Source of the DNA: Felis catus
Taxonomy: Eukaryota
Direction of reading: 5' to 3'
NCBI RefSeq assembly: GCF_018350175.1
Contig: NC_058368.1
Location: 120,406,001-120,470,000, forward strand
Length of the DNA: 64,000 nt
Positions 1 to 12,720 of the stretch are shown in pieces; the stretch's first letter is position 1; each line of letters begins with the position of its first letter. Made by a program: the position numbers and the translations under genes. The notes beneath the pieces were generated by a model. That model was given only the letters and a program-made list of their open reading frames with translations, did not search any database and was not told where the DNA came from.

Positions 1-841
1 CCATCACCAAAATTGCTAGAAAGAAAAGTAATTTTCTCTCTTGCCTCTGCTAGCATCATTGTAAAGTAAGGTGGTGTAACTAACCAATGGAGCCGTTCAG
101 CAACGTTCAATGAAGTTACGTTATTTGTTCTTGGAGCCTTTATGGAGAAAGGACCATATGAAAAATGCAAGAGGAAATAAATAAAAGAAGCAAAGTGTCT
201 TTATCCCAGAAATGGACATCTGACATCTCCAGGAGCTTACTGTCCTGACAAAGCTCGTCTATGAAAAGAGCTGTAGTACCACAGACCATTTCAGAGGTGG
301 AGAGAGGCTTAGGTCACCTCACTTATTTATGTAATCTTGTATGTTAAAAAAATGAAGAAATCCCAAAATAGTTTCAAAAATTACAATATGTTTTTAAATG
401 TTTACATTTAACAGGTTAACCCTGAAAATTATAACTCCAAAGCATCCCCAATAAAAAATTCAGGATTTCTTTTTAAAACTTTAATTCATATTTTATTAAG
501 AATTCTGCAGTGCTATAAAGTCACAAACACTCATCTGCACATAATTCTTGAAATGTCCAACTTGAACTCTAATGTGAAATGGTGAAATAGACTCCCATTC
601 TCTCCTAGCACTTCAGTAAGTACCCTATTCCCGGGGGGAATGGGGAAAGCATGCTCTGGGTCATCAGGAGATTAGAGCAAAATGGGAGCAAGATGGCCTC
701 CATGTGAGCCTGTTCATCCCCAGACCCTGGTGTGCTGGTGGCTACTATTTAGCCATCCTGAAACCGCATTCTATGAGCTTTGGTATAGGAAAATTCCTAC
801 AGTCATCCTTAAAAATAAACAGATAATAACCATTTATCTTT

Positions 842-1027
842 TTTTAATTTTTTAAGTATTTTCAGGTTTTTATTTACTTTGAGAGAGACAGAGATAGCAT
901 GAGTTGAGAAAGGGCAGAGAGAGAGGGACAGAGAATTCCAAGCAGGCTCCACGCTGTTAGCACAGAGCCCGACCTGGGTCCCAAATTCATGAAACTCTGA
1001 GATCATGATCTAAGCCTAAGTCAGAAG
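842..1027 (-). mobile_element. CanSINE (tRNA-derived carnivore SINE), 5'-truncated
   Basis: T-rich tail, (GA)n block and GAGATCATGA..C core on +. 16-bp TSD ATAACCATTTATCTTT at 826-841 and 1028-1043. Confidence 0.9.
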
Positions 1028-1874
1028 ATAACCATTTATCTTTAAAGCAGTCATATATTTTATGTCTGGCTGGCTTGATTAAAAACAAAAGTAAAATAAT
1101 TAGCAATACTTATTATGCCACTACTATGTTGCAGGGTGAAGTGTGAAATTCTTTGTAGCATCCCATTTAATTTTCACAAAAACTCCACAAGACTTGTTAA
1201 TGAATGAATCTTACAACATCAAGAGTCACAGGTTTAGTCCAGACGCGACTTGGTCTTTTTATTTTTGTTTGATTTAAACATATTTAGGCAACTGATGAAA
1301 GTCTTTGCTTTACTCTCTGAAAGCTTAGTTGAACTAGGCTTTTGATCAGGATTCGTGAGATAAGTTCAAAAGGATGGCATTGGGTTGTTGCTGTTGCTAT
1401 TGTTTGTTATTTGTGATTTTTATAAGGTTGGAGAAAGCAGCTAACCATGTACTTAGTAAGCCATTTCACCATCAGACTTGTATCAGTCTTCAGCCACTTC
1501 CAAGTCTCCCACGTAAGTGCTTACATGAGGCCCTTGCAGAATCTGATAGGCTTTATAAAACAGAAAATGCAAATGTGGAGTCATATTTTAACTAGTTGAG
1601 TACTTTCCCTTCATGACTAATCTCACAGATTGTCAGAACCCAGAGTGGCATGAATCTATAAGATCATGTCTCCTGAGATGACTTAAAGTCAATGACTAAG
1701 TTATCCAAGACAGATTGACAAGTAGATTTCTCCAGGCCATTCCAGGGTATAGTTTCTTTGGTTTTATTAAAGGTCTTTCACATGTTTCCCTACGTTCTTG
1801 GGAAACAGGGGGAGGGTAGTAGAATCTTTTATCTCTGATGTTCAGAAATAATGCCTTTGTGCCAAGAATTACAA

Positions 1875-2460
1875 GTCAAAGACATACTAGCCAAATTTGA
1901 CCTATAGATGTATTTTTGTTGTTTTTTGGCTTGCAAAGTGATTTTTAAATGTTTATTTAGTTATTCTTTTTGGGGGGAGAGAGAAAGTTCACTGAGGGAG
2001 GGACAAAGAGAGAGGGGGTCCGAAGCAGGCTCTGCACTGACAGCAGTGAGTCCAATGAAGGCCTCAGACTCCCAAACCACAAGATCATGACTTGAGCCAT
2101 AGTCTAACACTCAACCATTTGAGCCACCCAGACGCCCCACAAAGTGATTTTTAAAAATCAGTTAGCAAGATGCAAACATCAGGTGGTTTCACACATACAC
2201 AAACACATGTATGTATGGAAGAGTAAACGGGTTTTGATTTCTGCATCTCTAGATTAAACGAGAGGTTTTGGCATAATGCGGTCTGCATTCTAGCTTTCCA
2301 ACAATTGATCAGAACTCAGGAGTTGTTTCCACTTTAGATTGGGTGGGCTTTCTCTGTTCTCCGCAGTCTTCCTCCTTTCTTGTCCCTTGGCACTGAGGCC
2401 AAGTGTTAGCTACCACACATCACAGTGCTACCATACTGTTTTTGTCTTCTAATGTACCAA
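1875..2460 (+). mobile_element. Old hAT-Charlie non-autonomous element (MER102-like), interrupted by a CanSINE
   Basis: CCAAATTTGACCTATAGATGTATTTTTGTT..TTGGCTTGCAAAGTG and the 2280-2440 segment resemble the recalled MER102 consensus. Boundaries approximate. Confidence 0.45.
1945..2138 (-). mobile_element. CanSINE
   Basis: Ends GAGCCACCCAGACGCCCC (reverse complement of the SINE head). TSD CAAAGTGATTTTTAAA at 1934-1949 and 2140-2155. Confidence 0.92.
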
Positions 2461-3164
2461 ACTTTTCATGCATTTGTGGCTCTGAATTTTGTTTAATAAT
2501 ATTTATTTAGTACTCACTACATGCAAGCTACAAATAATGATGGAAAGATCTCTCTTCCCCCAGTCAAAGCTCTCAATCCTGTGGGACAGATACATTCACA
2601 GAGGGGGACACAGAGGGAGAACTGGTGAGGGCTTCACAGAGTGGGTGTTATTTAAATAAGCTCTTGTAGAAGTAAGATGTCAAATGAAGAAGGTGACATA
2701 AGACATTTTGTATATACAAAAATTCAGAGAGACATGGAAGTGCATTTGGCACCCACAAGTTTGCTGGGCTTTTACAGGAGGTTGAAAGGAATATTGAGAA
2801 ATATGGCAATGAGGTTAGACCTCGAATGCAATGCTCAATAATTTTTGAATTGCTATCAATCAAAACCAGGAAAGTTATTGTTAATAAATGAAATCTTCCA
2901 TGCTTCAATATGCATCCATTTCCATATTTTATAGTTTGCAAGGATTTTTCTTCCCTAAAAGATCTTTTCGTACTTTAAAAGCATTAATTTAGACAAAACT
3001 TTTTTTCTTCAAGATAAATAACACTGTATTTAACATTTTCTTTTAGGACCTACATTCTGTCCCTTAAAGCTCTTTTCTTCATCAGTGGCTCTGTGCATTT
3101 AAAATACTTGTTGGTCTTTTTCTATAGTATTGCATTAATCACTGGGTTTATGGGATCAACCATC

Positions 3165-3315
3165 CTTAGTCCCAGTGTATGACCTTGGGCAAGTTTGCCT
3201 CAATTGCCTCCCTTGAACTTGATATAATCTTCCCTGCAGGATGGAAAAAATTAAGTATTATGGATGCAAAACACTTAACATAGTGCCTGGAACTCATTTA
3301 AAATTAGTGCTTATT
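3165..3315 (+). mobile_element. MIR fragment
   Basis: TGACCTTGGGCAAGT core and AAAACACTTAACATAGTGCCTGG 3' motif. Confidence 0.7.
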
Positions 3316-3569
3316 GTTACAGAATTTTTAGAGTAGAGATACATTCAATCATTAGTAATATCCACACCCTAAGTGACCGTAAGCAACGTAACTTCAGAAT
3401 ACTTTTATCCTTCTAAATTGCCTCACTTATTTTTTAACCCTATTTATTAACTTATAAAAACTACCTCTTAGTTTTGAAATTTTCTTAATGTCATCTCAAA
3501 ATATATCAGATTCATTATTTATATATTTTATCTTATTTTCTTTTAAAAAATAATCACATACTCAGAATA

Positions 3570-4160
3570 TGGACAGAGTTTATACTAATCAATTAACAAG
3601 ACAGGCAGTCCAACAGAAAAATGGGCAAAAAACCTCAGACATACAATTCATAATTTGCAAAGACATAATTCATAATCCCAAAAGTCAGTAAGAATATGAA
3701 GATGAAACTGTGACCAATGCTGTTAGTCATCAGAGAAATGTGAATGAGAGACACAACACAGTACTTTCCGCACACACACGAGAATGACTACAGTAAAATA
3801 GACAAAAACCACCGTCAGTGAAGATATGAAACATCCAGAATTTTCATAAACTTTTGGTTGGGAGTGTAAATTGCTACAATAACTTTAGAAAACTCCTCAG
3901 CAGTACACACTCAAGCTAAACACACACATAATATGACCAACAGTTCCACATCTGTGTGTATAACTGACAGAAATGTGTAAAGACATGAATTTTCAGCAAA
4001 AGGTATGAATACACTGTAATAGCAGAATAATTTACAACACCACAAACTGGAAGCGACCTAAATGTCTATCAACATAAAATGGTATAGGTACCCAAAGGAA
4101 CAACAAGTTCTTCTACCACATGGAGCAAATGACAATGAGTATACATAAACTATGGAGGGC
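3570..4160 (+). mobile_element. Ancient L1 (L1M-type) ORF2 3' end / 3'UTR fragment
   Basis: CAACAGAAAAATGGGCAAAA, TTAGTCATCAGAGAAATG, GGGAGTGTAAATTGCTACAATAACTTTAGAAAAC, AAACTGGAAGCGACCTAAATGTCTATCAAC. Confidence 0.75.
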
Positions 4161-4169
4161 AGGGGTAGA

Positions 4170-5560
4170 ACAGGAATTCCAGAATGGTGAAGTAAGGAGC
4201 TGGATGGACTCTATCCCAACAAAACAATTTAATTAGTGAACCATTTTAAAAACAAGCCATCATCTAAAGTCTTGGGGAAATGTAGTAAGGATGCAAATGT
4301 AGTAAATGGAAAAACAAAATTCATTCATGAAAATCTAAATCTCCAAACAATCAGAGGCTATGGCATTTAAGCCTTTTCTTTACACTCTCCCCAGCTAGTG
4401 TTTAGGAAACTACCCTGGGTGCTCTATTTCAGGCAGGTAAAGCCTAGAAAAACTGGATTTACTGTCCTCCTGCCAGCCTTTCTGATCCCCTTCCAGAGCT
4501 CTATGGCAGAAGCTCTATTATAGGCAGGCATGCCAGAGGTAATGGGGTCTACTCCCCCCAACCCAAATCTCACTTGTAGGACAAAAGCTCTACTTGGCAC
4601 AGTAGGCCAAGAATAATGGGGCCCTGACTGTCCCTGCCCCAACTAAATGTTCCACGATGGGAGGTATAAACTGAGAAGCTGAGGGGCTGCCATCACCCAC
4701 ATTGTTTGCTTGTAGAGTAGAGGCTATCACTTCAGGAAAACAAGTCCTTGTCCCCAGCTCTGGTGCAAGCATGCAGGTTTCTGCCCAGGGAAAAAAAAAT
4801 CAGACCCTATGGAAGAAGAGCTCCTCAGTTTTACTTGAGGGGACTGACTTCACTTGGAATGAAATGTTGAGATGTCCATTAATAGATGTGATGTCAAAAA
4901 ACAGAATTTTGGCAGAAAGTAATTAAGAGTAGGATGTTGGCTTCATGATACATGCAAAAACAGTAGGACATCCAGAAGTGTAACAGAGAAAATTAGGGAA
5001 AGATAAAAGCTAAGAAGAGCCCCTGTGGATCACAGCCAACTTTAGGGGTCAGGGAGGATATCCTGAAGTGGACAAGGCTACATGCACACAGGAGCATTAA
5101 GATTAGGATGTGGCCAGATTTGAAAGCTGCACATAGACTTGTCCAAACAGAATAGAAGCCTTAGTGTCAGGTTGGGCTTAAATCTCTGACCAAACACTGA
5201 CTGAACAATAAGATCCACTAACCCAGAAGCAACTTCTAGAAATCCAGGCTTAAAAGTAAAATCACACTCATCCCCGTGATTCTGGAAGACTGTGTCCATG
5301 TCCAAGACCATAACCTCTCAAGAAAGATCAGAGAGGAAACCTTCAAACCACTAATCCCTGGCTGAACATGGCGCAAAATAATGCAAACTTCATGAACTGT
5401 GAAAACAGTCTCTAAGTCACAGAGACCTCAAATGGAAAAGGTAAAAATCTAACTGTTTAAGGGAGCTTGACTTATTTGACTGATAAATGGCTTAAACTGA
5501 CCCAGGAATAACTGCTAAGTACCCACACTAAAAGAAAACAAGGAAAAAATAGTCTAAGCC
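4170..5560 (+). mobile_element. Probable 5' end/UTR of an ancient L1M element
   Basis: Starts GAATTCCAGAATGGTGAAGTAAGGAGCT, like old L1M 5' ends. It is more GC-rich than its flanks and runs directly into an L1 3' segment. Confidence 0.5.
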
Positions 5561-6375
5561 TGGACACTACAAAGAAAGTGAAAAGACACCCCTCAGGATG
5601 GGAGAAAATATTTGTTAATGATATAGCTCATTTGACTATCTTCCTGCAACACAGTAAAAAAGACAAAAAATTCAGACAATGTATTTAATAAACATGTCTT
5701 CAAAAACTAAAAAAGATATAGAACTGGCCAATAAGCCCCTTATAAGATGTTCGATGTTATTAGTCATTAAGGAAACACAGATTAAAATTACAATGAGATC
5801 CTGTATCACTCCCACTAGGATGACTATAAGCAAAAACCAGATCAGTGCTGGCAAAGATGAAGAAAAGTCAGAACTCTCCTACTTTGCTCATGGTAATGTA
5901 AAATGCTGCAGTCACTGTGTGAAAACGCTGGCAATCCCCCAAAAGATTAAATATAAAGTTAACCATATGACAGAGCAATTCTATCTCAAGTTGCATATCC
6001 AAGAAAATTGAAAGCATACATCCACACAAAATCTTGTATAAAGTTGTTCATAGTAGCATTATGCATAAGAGCCAAAAGGTATAAACACACAAATCTTCAC
6101 CAAATAATGAATTGATAAGAGTATGGAATTTCTGTACAGTAGAAAATTTGGCAATAAAAAGGAGTGCTAAAGGAGCCAGTCACAAATGATTCCATTTGTA
6201 CCGGATATCCATATTGAGTGTATATCTGTCTCTAGAAACAAAAAGTATATTAATGATTCTACAGATCTAGGGGATGGGGTGTGGGGGAAAATGAAGAGAA
6301 ACTGCTAATGGGTATAGGGGGTTTCTTCTCAAAAGGACAGATGTGCTTTAAAGATAGATTGTCATTGAACCATAT
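5560..6375 (+). mobile_element. Ancient L1 ORF2 C-terminus and 3'UTR
   Basis: ORF 5679-6011 (ANKPLIRCSMLLVIKETQIKITMR) is a degenerate match to the ORF2 C-terminus [24 protein letters not shown] of the L1 at 30787. Confidence 0.8.
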
Positions 6376-7312
6376 ATTTTATTTATTTTTTTAATTTATT
6401 TTTATTTTAATGTAATTGATTGTCAAATTGGCTAACATACAACATGTAAAGTGTGCTCTTGGTTTTGGAGTAGATTTCCATGGTTCATCGCTTACATACA
6501 ACATCCAGGGCCCATCCCAACAAGAGACCTCCTCAATGCCCATCACCCACATTCCCCTCTCCCTTGCCTCCCCCATGAACCCTCAGTTTGTTCTCTGTAT
6601 TTAAGAGTCTCTTATGGTTTGCCTCCCTCACTCTCTGTTTGTAACTATTTTTTCCCCTTTCCCTTCCCCCATGGTCTTCTGTTAAGTTTCTCAAGATCCA
6701 CGGATGAGTGAGAACATATGATATCTCTCTTTCTCTGAGTGACTTATTTCACGCAGCGTAATACCCTCCACTTCCATCCACGTTGCTGCAAATGGCAGGA
6801 TCTCATTCTTTATCATTGCCAAGTAGTATTCTGTTGTATATAAAAACCACATCTTCTTTATCTGTTGGTCAGTTGATGAACATTTAGGCTCGTCCTATAA
6901 TTTGGTTATTGTTGAAAGTGTTGCTATAAACATTGGGGTACATGTGCCCCTTTGAATCAGCACTCCTGTATCCTTTGGGTAAATTCCTAGTAGTGCTATT
7001 GCTAGCTTGTAGGGTAGTTCCAGTTTTAATTTTTTGAGGAACCTCCACACTATTTTCCAGAGTGGCTGCACCAGTTTGCATTCCCACCAACAGTGCAAGA
7101 GGGTTCCCGTTTCTCCACATCCTTGCCAGCATCTCTTGTTTCCTGAGTTGTTCGTTTCAGCCACTCTGACCCGTGTGAAGTGGTATCTCAGTATGGTTTT
7201 GATTTGTATTTGCCTGATGATGAGTGGCATTGAGCATCATTTCCTGTGTCTGTTGGACGTCTGTGTGTCTTCTTTGGAAAAATATCTCTTCAGGTATTCT
7301 GCACATTTCATA
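6376..7312 (-). mobile_element. Carnivore/felid L1 3' end (ORF2 C-terminus + 3'UTR + A-tail)
   Basis: ORF 6895-7230 ([26 protein letters not shown]) is about 75% identical by eye to ORF 30787-31410. T-rich tail at 6376-6410. Confidence 0.93.
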
Positions 7313-8010
7313 ACTGCCCATTAAAAAAATTTTTTTGTCTTGAATCTTATATATTTTTTGATATGTTTTGAATATTAACTACTTACCAGATATATCATTT
7401 GCAAATACTTTCTCCCATTCAAAAGGTTGCCTTTTTATTTTATTGATGGTTTTATTCACTGTGCAAAAGGTTTTATTTGGTATAGTACACAATAGTTTAC
7501 TTTTGCTTTTATTTCATTTGCCTGAAGTAATATATCTAGAAAAGTATTGGTAAGGTTGATATCAAAGAGATTCCTGGCTTATGTTTTTTTCTAGGAGTTT
7601 TATGGTTTCATGTCTTATATTTAGATCGTGAATCCATTTTGAGTTGTTTTTAATTATGGTGTCAGAAAGTGGTCCAGTTTCATGAAGCTGTCCAAGTTTT
7701 TAGTACCATATTGAATAGACTGTCTTTCCCCCACTTTATAGGCTTGCCTGCTTTGCCATAAATCAGTTGACTATACAAGCATGGGTTTATTTCCAGTCTC
7801 TCTGTTTTGTTCCATTGATGTCCATGTCCCTTTTTGTGCCAGTACCATACTGTTTTGATTACTCTTGCTTTATAGTGTATCTTGAAATCAAGGGTTATTA
7901 TCCCTCTAGCTTTGTTCTTTTTTTCTTTCAAGACTGCTTCAGCTCTTTTGGGTCTTTTGGGTTCCATGCAAATTTTAGGATTATTCTAGTTTTGTGAAAA
8001 ATATTGTTAG
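7313..8010 (-). mobile_element. Older L1 ORF2 fragment (post-RT region)
   Basis: ORF 7680-7967 (DFKIHYKARVIKTVWYWHK..QWN..KDSLFN) is homologous to L1 ORF2 but more diverged. Confidence 0.88.
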
Positions 8011-9538
8011 TAATATAAAAACTTTCGTGTACTATGATTCTTACTATCGCATCATTTATTGGGGTAAATACTAATTATTGCCTTGTTGGTTCAGATGTAC
8101 ATAAGTGCATCAAAGAAAATATATTGTGGCAAGAATAGCATTGGGAGATGATGGACCCATATTTTTTCATTTTGATTGTATTAGTTTTAAAAGAGAAATT
8201 TGTAAAAGATTTATTTTAGGGAAATCAAGAGGAAAACTGAAGCAGTTGGTAGTATCAGAATTTTCTGTAAATGGTATTTGAAATCGTTTTTTGGTTTTTT
8301 TTTGTTTATAAATTAATTGGATATCAGTGAGTTCAATTGCTGTGTTATATCAAATTTAAAAAATAGGACAAATAAAATCAGTCACTCAGATTTCTCAAAC
8401 TAATATTTTGGTCAGTTATTCTCTTGGTAGCAACATGTGGTCATTTGCAAAAAAAAAAAAAAAATCTTGAAATTCTGTTGGCTTCACTTGTCCAGCTGTA
8501 CAGTCCCAGCATCAATATACCCTATTTTTTCCAGCCATAATCTCCTCTTTTAGATTTATAAGCTATTTTTAAATCAACATATAGCATGTCTATTTTAATA
8601 ATGTATGTTAGATCACCATTGGAATTTTCTAATAGCTCCTACACTTTTCTTGCCATCAGCTACTCACTGAATACACCATTAAATCTCATGTTACATTTTA
8701 TTATTAAAACCCCTAATAATGCATTTTGTTAAAAAGCAAAATGTGTTGTGCTCTGCCCAAAAGTAACCTAGTATTATTTCCTATAGTAATTTTAATTGAA
8801 TTTTAGCTCTTTACTTTTTATACTTCACTGTTGATTTTATTGGGTTTAATTACAAATCCATATGTATTTGTTAAGAAGTGTTGGTTTGATATTTTCCAGT
8901 GACAACTACATTTTATTCAAAGAAAAAATGTATTAGAATAAAAATTGCAAGAGACTAACCTATTGTATGAGATGATTAATTGAATTTCAGATTTATATGC
9001 ATTTTTGATGAATGATTTCCCATAGTAAAATGACTTGAATGGTGTATCAGGGCACCATTATTCATTTTAATGGGTTTGCACAAAGTGCATATCACCATTA
9101 TTATAGATCAACTGTGAAGATGTGGATTTCATTCTGCCCTCATCCATTTTTAAATCTGACAAATTTTGTTCTATAAACTTGGAGAAAGAGAAAAAAATAT
9201 CTTGAGACTGTAAAGTTGTGAGATTGGCTTCACCTCCTAGATAGGAAGAAAAATTTTTATTCATAATTTTTATAAATATTTTCACCTGTATTAGATACCC
9301 ATTTGTTCAGATCCTAGATAATGATGATTGTTGGTGGTTAATGACAGCTACAATGAGGTGTCTCCCCTCCACACTCTACTATGAATTAGAAATGAAGTGA
9401 CTTTCTCTAAAGTCCTAAAATTTCCATATTGAGTCTATAATCTATATGCAGGAGCAAATTGGCAGAACATTTCTAACAGTTTGAATAAAGAGTTTTTGAG
9501 GTACCCTAATTCAGGAATAGAAAATGTTAGGTAAAAAC

Positions 9539-9579
9539 AATAATAATAATAACAATAATAATAATAATAATAATAATAA
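9539..9579 (+). repeat. (AAT)n microsatellite
   Basis: About 13 AAT units with one AAC interruption. Confidence 0.95.
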
Positions 9580-10999
9580 AATAAGCATCCATAACTTGTG
9601 TGAAAAATAGATCAAAAGGATGACTAACCAGACATGAATGAATATAAATAAATCTTTCATCAATATCCACATAAGCCCTGTCTACAAAAGTATTAGTCTA
9701 GGACAGATATTTTATGTATAAAGTTTGACCCTTAGGCAACTCAGGGGTTAGGAACACTGATGCCTGTACAGTTGAAAATCCATGTAACTTTTCACACCCC
9801 AAAAGGTAACTACTAATGGCCTATTGTTGACTGGAAGTCTTACTGATAACATAAACAGTTGATTAACACATATTTTGTGTATGTATTATATTCTGTATTC
9901 TTAAAATCAAGTAATCTACAGAAAAAAATGTTAAGAAAATCATAAGGGAGAGAAAATGCATTTATATCACTGCACTGTATTTATTGATACCATAAGTTTA
10001 CATCATCTGTTTACAAGGTAAATTGTCTGTCAGTACCTACATCAATATTGTCTTATATGACACAAAACATTGTAGATGTTACGTGTATTAATAATACTAT
10101 ACAAAAAAGAAAAGATAATATGAAAAAGAAACTCATTTATTTACATTATTTATATAATGATTCATGCATAGATAGCAAAGAAGCAGCATTATGATTCCTT
10201 TATGGTAGCCTGTTATAACCAATACATCTGTTTTATGGTGGCCTAGCCTATACACTAATATTTTTATGGCATATACTATTACAGTCCTATTTATAATACA
10301 GTATTGGAAACGTTACATTAAAAAAAATCATTTATGATGATAGGTTGATACCCAGTTTTTCCAATTAGGAGAGAGAGAGACACATACTGTATGGTAATAT
10401 AATTATCTGAAATCAAAGTTACAAAACAGTAACAAAACTAACACATTAATTTTTTTAAACTAATACACTATTAATTTTATATTAAATATCACATGCCTAA
10501 TGCCTATATGTAAGGATAGGCTAATCAATTCCATACAAGTTTTGCACCTGATGCTCTCCACACTGAATACTTAGGTGGTGATGATGATGTTGCAGAAACC
10601 TGTCCTCCAGTTCTTGACGTACAGTTACTAGATTTCCACACCAGGACACTCACACACAGACACAACAGATAAGTTTATTAACTCTATCGTCTGATGACTA
10701 TTTACTATTTATTAAGCGGAAGCCGATCATCATAAAGTTCTTGGTCCTTGTTGTTTTTACCTTCAGTAGGCTGAGGAGGGGGAAAAAGAAGAGGGGCTGG
10801 TCTTGCTGTCTCAGGGGCAGAGGAGGGGAGGGGGAGGCAAGAGAGGCTGCACACTCAGTGTAACTTATGGAACAACGGTGTAATTTCTGCCTGCCTTTTG
10901 CTCTTTCATTTTTCTCAAAATGTTTCTACACAGTACCAATCCTCCTTCCATTCTTTGCTTTAGCTTCAGTGCCTGTATCATAAAAGGGTCCATGTTTTA

Positions 11000-12720
11000 A
11001 AGGAAGGTCAAAGCAGTGTGAATGATCAGAACCCTTCTACCATATTGTCTACTCTCAATGTGTTTGCTGGAACTGCTTCTTCTATGTCTTCTTCCTCACT
11101 GTCTAGTACTAGTTCAGAAGCACTCACCTCCAGCAAGTCATGATTTGTTAATTACTCTAGTGGGGTGTCTATTAGCTCTTGAACTTCTATAGGATCCATA
11201 CCTTGAAACACTTTGCACCCGCCTTTTTTTTTTTTGCTATACCCCTCTCTCTTTCATAATATCCTTGTCTCTGTCAAAAAAAAAACTGTAAAATTATGCA
11301 TAACATCTGGACAAGGTTTTCTCCAGCAGGAATTTATTATTTGGAGCTTTATGACTTTCATGGTTTTTCTATAACAATGATGGCAACTTGAATGGTGTCA
11401 TCCTCAGACTTTCATGATGTTCTCACTATCAGCATTCTTTCCCATAGTGTTGACAATCCTTTCATTATGACCTGCCGATCTAGATGGTGAATGAGAGATA
11501 TCGTTTTAGGGGCACAGAGGCCACTTCAACACCTCTGGTGTTCAACTAATGGGGCCCTGGTGTGTCAGGGGTATCGTCCAATATAAAAGGAACTACAAAA
11601 GGTAGCTTCTTACTTGGAAGGTACTCCTGCCTTCAAGGAAAAAGTATCAATGGAAACAATGAAGAGAAAAGGTTCTCATCATCTATGCTTTCCTGCTGTA
11701 CAACCAAAAGACTGGCAGCTGGTGTTTGTCTTTTCCCATCAAGACTTGAGGCTTAGCAGCTTTATGGATAAGGGCAGCTCTGAACACCCAACAGCATGTG
11801 CACAAAACAGTAGAGATAGCCTATTGTTTTCTGCCTTAAATCTTGTGCTTACTTCTCTTCCTAATAAATGTCCTTTGTGGTATTTTTTTCCAGAATAGAG
11901 CACTTTGATTTGCATTAAAAACCTGTGCAGGCAGATAGCCTTTCTCAATGATTTTCTTTATGGCGCCTGGGAACTTGTCTGCTGCCTTTTGGTCCGCAGA
12001 CGCTGCTTCTCCTGTTATATGGGCATTTTTAAAGCAAAGCTTTTTCTAAAATTATCAAACCATCCTTTGCTGGCACTCACTTCTCCAGCTTTAGATCTTG
12101 CACCTTCCTTTTGATTCAAGTCGTCATATGAAGACTTGGCTTTTTTTCTCTAATCATATTAGAGTGTGTAGGTGTCTTTCTTGTAGCAATCCTGCACCCA
12201 CATAAAAGCTACATTTTCAGTATAAGAAGATATTTTGCTGGTCCGCCTAGGTGGCTCAGTTGGTTAAGCTTCCAACTTTGGCTCAGGTCATGATCTCTCA
12301 GGTCGTGGGTTTAAGCCCCACCTCAGGCTCTGTGCTGACAGCTTGGAACCTGGAGTCTGCTTTGGATTCTGTGTCTCCTTCTCTCTGGGGCATCTCTCCC
12401 CCGCTCATCCTCTGTCTGTCTGTCTCTCTCTCAAAAATGGATAAGCATTAAAAAATACTTAAAAAAGAAGACATTTTGCAAAAAGTGCGAGGTTTTTGTA
12501 CCTGCTGAAGTAGCTGCAACGATGGCTTCACAATTTTCCTTTTCTCTTTTCACGGTTGTTCTTAGGCTAGATTCATCTCAAGATGGTAGATGATCACCAC
12601 AGCAGACCTCTGTGTACAGTACATATCAAATAATTCACCTTTTTATTGTAATGTCATAACTTTTCTATGCTTCTTTTGAGCACCTCCAGCATCACTAATG
12701 GCACTTCATGTGGGTCCCAT
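11000..12720 (-). pseudogene. Degenerate Tigger2 transposase (CENP-B/pogo family)
   Basis: Minus strand from 12720 reads MGPT*SAISDAGGAQKKHRKVMTLQ*KGELFDMY, a CENP-B-like HTH start. Disabled by stops and a SINE insertion. 3' end approximate. Confidence 0.75.
12239..12464 (+). mobile_element. CanSINE nested in the Tigger2 transposase
   Basis: GGTGGCTCAGTTGGTTAAG A-box head, (CT)n block and A-tail. TSD AAGAAGA(T/C)ATTTTGC at 12224-12238 and 12465-12479. Confidence 0.93.

Noticed and set aside
1430..1870. Possible LTR-like segment
   Set aside because: No definable termini, TSD or recognisable consensus, so left unannotated.
12239..12320. tRNA-like A/B box sequences (here and at other SINE heads)
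   Set aside because: tRNA-derived CanSINE heads followed by (CT)n and A-tails, not tRNA genes.
11000..12720. Domesticated TIGD/CENP-B-like gene
   Set aside because: Stops from codon 5 onward, a SINE insertion and intact transposon ends mark it as a dead transposon.
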